Below, in pieces: positions 27,454-29,939 of a DNA stretch of 29,939 nucleotides. Each line of letters opens with the position of its first letter. Positions within the stretch are counted from its first letter, which is position 1. The position numbers were made by a program, and so were the translations under genes. The notes beneath the pieces were generated by a model that worked only from the letters and a program-made list of their open reading frames with translations, was not told the origin of the DNA and did no database searches. This DNA comes from a virus (Duplodnaviria; Heunggongvirae; Uroviricota; Caudoviricetes), in the IMG/VR virus record IMGVR_UViG_3300012075_000001, positions 79,804 through 109,742 of that record. One strand, 5' to 3'.

Positions 27454-27571
27454 TTTCGGTAGTTACTTTTTCCGTTCTCGGTAGTTACTTTTTCCGTTTT
27501 ATAAGTTTTCGGTAGTTAAAAATTCCAAATCCGGTAGTTAAAAATTCCAAAGTTTGGTAGTCATTTTTTCC
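27454..27571 (+). repeat. Iteron array (five direct repeats, core CGGTAGTTA)
   Basis: Cores at 27457, 27479, 27510, 27532 and 27555 (last one TGGTAGTCA), with spacings 22/31/22/23. Right halves are CTTTTTCCG (x2), AAAATTCC (x2) and TTTTTTCC. Confidence 0.88.
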
Positions 27572-27585
27572 ACCGAATACAGTGG

Positions 27586-27620
27586 TTATCAACACAGTTA
27601 TCCACAGATTTTGTGGGTAA
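27586..27620. promoter_or_regulatory. DnaA box cluster adjacent to the iterons
   Basis: TTATCCACA perfect at 27598-27606, TTATCAACA at 27586-27594, and TGTGGGTAA (minus-strand box, 1 mismatch) at 27612-27620. Confidence 0.75.
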
Positions 27621-27661
27621 GTTGGTTAATATTTAGCTAATTGGGGGTTAAAAAATTGGTT

Positions 27662-27690
27662 TTGACACTTATTACTATCAAATGTAGGCT
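27662..27690 (+). promoter_or_regulatory. Sigma70-type rep promoter
   Basis: TTGACA (27662-27667), 17-nt spacer, TAGGCT (27685-27690). A second TTGACA lies at 27693-27698. Confidence 0.6.
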
Positions 27691-27711
27691 TATTGACACC
27701 AAAACAAAATA

Positions 27712-27730
27712 TTTCGGTAGTTAAGTTTTT
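27712..27730 (+). repeat. Isolated sixth iteron in the rep leader (probable autorepression site)
   Basis: TTTCGGTAGTTAAGTTTTT, core at 27715-27723, between the promoter and the start codon. Confidence 0.7.
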
Positions 27731-27767
27731 CATCAGTACTTGGTGATCATTGGAAGTTAGGGAATAT

Positions 27768-28619
27768 ATGTCCTCCATTGTTAAGAGCAATCCAAAAGTT
27801 AAGAAACACAATAACTTAACGCAAGCCCATTTTTTTAATGTATCAGTCATCGCTTACAGACTTATACTATTGGCTGGAACGGACAAGTTTTTAGAAAACA
27901 TGCTGAAGTCTGGCGAAAACACGTATATTCGCATTACAGCGCATGATTATCACAACTTGTATGGCTCTAGTTCTGACATGTCTGGATCATATAAAGCCAT
28001 TAAAGACGCGCCAGATGATTTGCTCAACGCTAAACTAAAATATAAAAAACTAAAAACAGAATCAGACCCCGGCCGTTGGGTTGGTGGTATTAACTGGGTT
28101 CAAGACGCACGATATAACGACGAGCTAAAGTGTGTGGAAATCCTATTCTCTACAACAGTGCTTCCTCTATTGGCCAACGTTCGCAAAAGTTTTACTTACT
28201 ACAACCTTAGACACATTGGGCGCTTATCCTCAATGCATTCAATTCGCATGTACGAGTTGATGATGATGTGGCGCAAAAGCGGCAAAACGCCTGATTTGAC
28301 CGTGAGTTATATGAAAAACTTCTTAGGCGTTCCTGATAACGAATATTCAGACCCTAAAGAATTGAAGTTTTTCACGGCACAGGTAATTAAAAAATCAGTC
28401 AAGGAAGTCACCAGCAAGACCAATATCGAAATGGACTTTGAAGTTGTCCGAGGTGAGAAGAGAGCAACTGTCGGTTACTCATTCAGCCATAAACCTAAGG
28501 CGTTAGAAGAGGGGCAGCAGCCAGACCCGGAAGAGATTGACGATGAAGGCGAGGTGACTGAAGGTGACGGCACAGGTAATTTGCTGCCTCCTGATGAGGA
28601 CCCAGAGTTGCCATTCTAA
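27768..28619 (+). CDS. Plasmid replication initiator, Rep_3 (RepB/pi-like) family, with acidic C-terminal tail
   Basis: VKKHNNLTQA..YRLILL, WV....YND....VEI.FS..VLPLL, YTYYNL..I..LSS.HSIRMYELM, MKNFLGV..EY..KELKFF..VIKKSVKEV are winged-helix Rep_3 motifs. It lies next to the iterons. ATG 27768 has an AGGGA RBS. Confidence 0.93.
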   Translation: MSSIVKSNPKVKKHNNLTQAHFFNVSVIAYRLILLAGTDKFLENMLKSGENTYIRITAHDYHNLYGSSSDMSGSYKAIKDAPDDLLNAKLKYKKLKTESDPGRWVGGINWVQDARYNDELKCVEILFSTTVLPLLANVRKSFTYYNLRHIGRLSSMHSIRMYELMMMWRKSGKTPDLTVSYMKNFLGVPDNEYSDPKELKFFTAQVIKKSVKEVTSKTNIEMDFEVVRGEKRATVGYSFSHKPKALEEGQQPDPEEIDDEGEVTEGDGTGNLLPPDEDPELPF

Positions 28620-28645
28620 TACCGCTGGCAACTTTAGTATTCCGC

Positions 28646-28756
28646 GACTTGGGTACTTGGGAATGAATACCGCGATCACTATATTAATTATATAATCTCT
28701 TCTAGTTAATATTATTAATAGTGATAAACACGGATGCACCCAAGTACACCCAAGTC
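28646..28756. repeat. Inverted pair of tandem heptamers (ACTTGGG x2 ... CCCAAGT x2) flanking an AT-rich spacer and the start of the next gene
   Basis: GACTTGGGTACTTGGG (28646-28661) is the reverse complement of CCCAAGTACACCCAAGTC (28739-28756) apart from a 2-nt bulge. TATAAT at 28691-28696 lies between them. Confidence 0.65.
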
Positions 28757-29474
28757 AAAGTTTCTAAACTTTTTACCACCGTTTCTCTACGGTAATCTCC
28801 GCTTCGAGCATTATGAAATCCTCACTATAAGCAATATCAAACGTGCGGATCTAAAAATCGAACCTGAGCTTATGAGTAAAAAATGGTTCGACTACCGACT
28901 CATGCATCCGCTGATGGCGACGTATTACTTCTTCCATTTGTATACCGAAGCCTATAAAAACTTTTGGCGTCAAAATATAAATTACGAACAAGCTGACTTT
29001 GTTAAGCCAATGCGTAAGTACGTGGACTTTCTTGACTCAACTCAAGAGCGCAACACAATTTGGCGCTTGAGACAAATGGTAGATGCATGCGGAATGCGGT
29101 ATGAGTTCTTTTTTACAAGCGCAATGAAGCATTTGCATAAAATGGTTTTTAATGGTCGCATTATGCCACCTCGACCTTCGATGCTCAAAAGCGAAGAGCT
29201 ATTTGAAAAGGTTTACGCTGACTGGTTGGCAATCAGCGAGTCGGTCACACAGTATGCTTGTAGCCCCTACTTCAACGTAGCAAACTACTCGAACAGTGTA
29301 GTGCAGCGCGATTATGAAGATTATTTGATTAAGCACATTAAGGGTAAGCGATTACCTCAATATGCTCTGTCTTATTGTCTTTATGAAAAAGAGTGCTTGA
29401 GAATCGAACGTGTAATTTCTGAGTTCAGCCTTGATGTTGTTCAGGAGGCGATCAATGAAGCGAAATTTATTTAA
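28734..29474 (+). CDS. Hypothetical protein (246 aa) downstream of rep
   Basis: Long ORF with a helical, aromatic-rich core (KKWFDYRLMHPLMATYYF). It resembles an unnamed protein I recall from SSU5/pHCM2-like elements; this is unverified. Confidence 0.8.
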   Translation: MHPSTPKSKFLNFLPPFLYGNLRFEHYEILTISNIKRADLKIEPELMSKKWFDYRLMHPLMATYYFFHLYTEAYKNFWRQNINYEQADFVKPMRKYVDFLDSTQERNTIWRLRQMVDACGMRYEFFFTSAMKHLHKMVFNGRIMPPRPSMLKSEELFEKVYADWLAISESVTQYACSPYFNVANYSNSVVQRDYEDYLIKHIKGKRLPQYALSYCLYEKECLRIERVISEFSLDVVQEAINEAKFI

Positions 29475-29492
29475 ATTTTTCTTTAAATAGTC

Positions 29493-29506
29493 AGTCAGTA
29501 CTGACT
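29493..29506. promoter_or_regulatory. Palindromic site 6 (AGTCAGTACTGACT) upstream of the Sm/Hfq-like gene
   Basis: Perfect 14-bp palindrome with the shared core. TATACT overlaps its right end (29506-29511). Confidence 0.7.
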
Positions 29507-29529
29507 ATACTAATAGGGTATTTTTATAG

Positions 29530-29939
29530 ATGGAACTATACATGATTCAAGGATGGAACACTCAGGACGAGATGATTTCTCAAACACAATATGGTCGCAT
29601 TATGATGCAAAACGAGCGCGACGAAGATTATGGTGAGTCGATTAATCAAAAAGTGCCAAACCCTTATATGCGTGAACGCTTTTCGGGCAATTCTGCTATG
29701 CCACCAGTGCTAACAGACACTTTAGAGCTTCGACACCCGATTAATCATTCAAAGGGCACGTTGCGTCATAGCAGCTTCCGAGATTCGCGAAAGGGTAGCG
29801 TTAATAATGATCTAGCAGAGAACCGTAAACCGTTCTTATCTGGTCATCGTAAATTTTTATTCAATTTACAAGAGACGCAAAGTCCAATCGAAGTGACTTT
29901 GGTTAACGGTCAAACCTATACGGGAACTATTCGAACTTC
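29530..29939 (+). CDS. 3'-truncated gene: low-structure N-terminal region followed by an Sm/Hfq-like domain (not in ORF track)
   Basis: The frame is open from ATG 29530 (alternative starts 29542, 29572) to the window end. The last residues GHRKFLFNLQETQSPIEVTLVNGQTYTGTIRT align by eye with Hfq [31 protein letters not shown]. Confidence 0.65.
   Translation, partial: MELYMIQGWNTQDEMISQTQYGRIMMQNERDEDYGESINQKVPNPYMRERFSGNSAMPPVLTDTLELRHPINHSKGTLRHSSFRDSRKGSVNNDLAENRKPFLSGHRKFLFNLQETQSPIEVTLVNGQTYTGTIRT

Noticed and set aside
27454-27571. Possible mini-CRISPR
   Set aside because: Repeats are 9-21 bp with near-zero or tiny spacers next to a rep gene and DnaA boxes, which fits iterons. No cas genes are present.
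27626-27850. 74-aa minus-strand ORF over the rep promoter; also 28503-28739 (minus) and 1663-1926 (plus)
   Set aside because: They overlap regulatory DNA or real genes, have no RBS or recognisable composition, and are most likely spurious.

Overview
This window is a contiguous piece of a temperate siphophage that also carries a plasmid replicon, i.e. a phage-plasmid. The protein families resemble the SSU5/pHCM2-related group and most likely the Acinetobacter AB-type elements; the host assignment is inferred, not proven. On the + strand, in order: head-completion/neck genes (1-2958), major tail protein, a tail chaperone pair with a lambda-type GGGAAAG -1 frameshift, a 1915-aa tape measure protein, lambda-like tail tip genes M-L-K-I, a 4102-aa central fibre J built from about 11 globular modules on coiled-coil spacers, and a fibre-associated protein. 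Then come a small lipoprotein not in the ORF track with its own terminator, one small minus-strand gene, holin, a TIGR02594-type endolysin, a 52-aa membrane peptide, an iteron/DnaA-box origin, a Rep_3-type initiator, a 246-aa unknown protein, and the 5' part of a gene whose last visible residues look like an Sm/Hfq fold. A palindrome, AGTCA-N4-TGACT, occurs in six intergenic regions and probably defines a regulon. I saw no rRNA, tRNA, CRISPR array, IS element, integrase or resistance gene. All family assignments come from recalled motifs and synteny; no searches were run.
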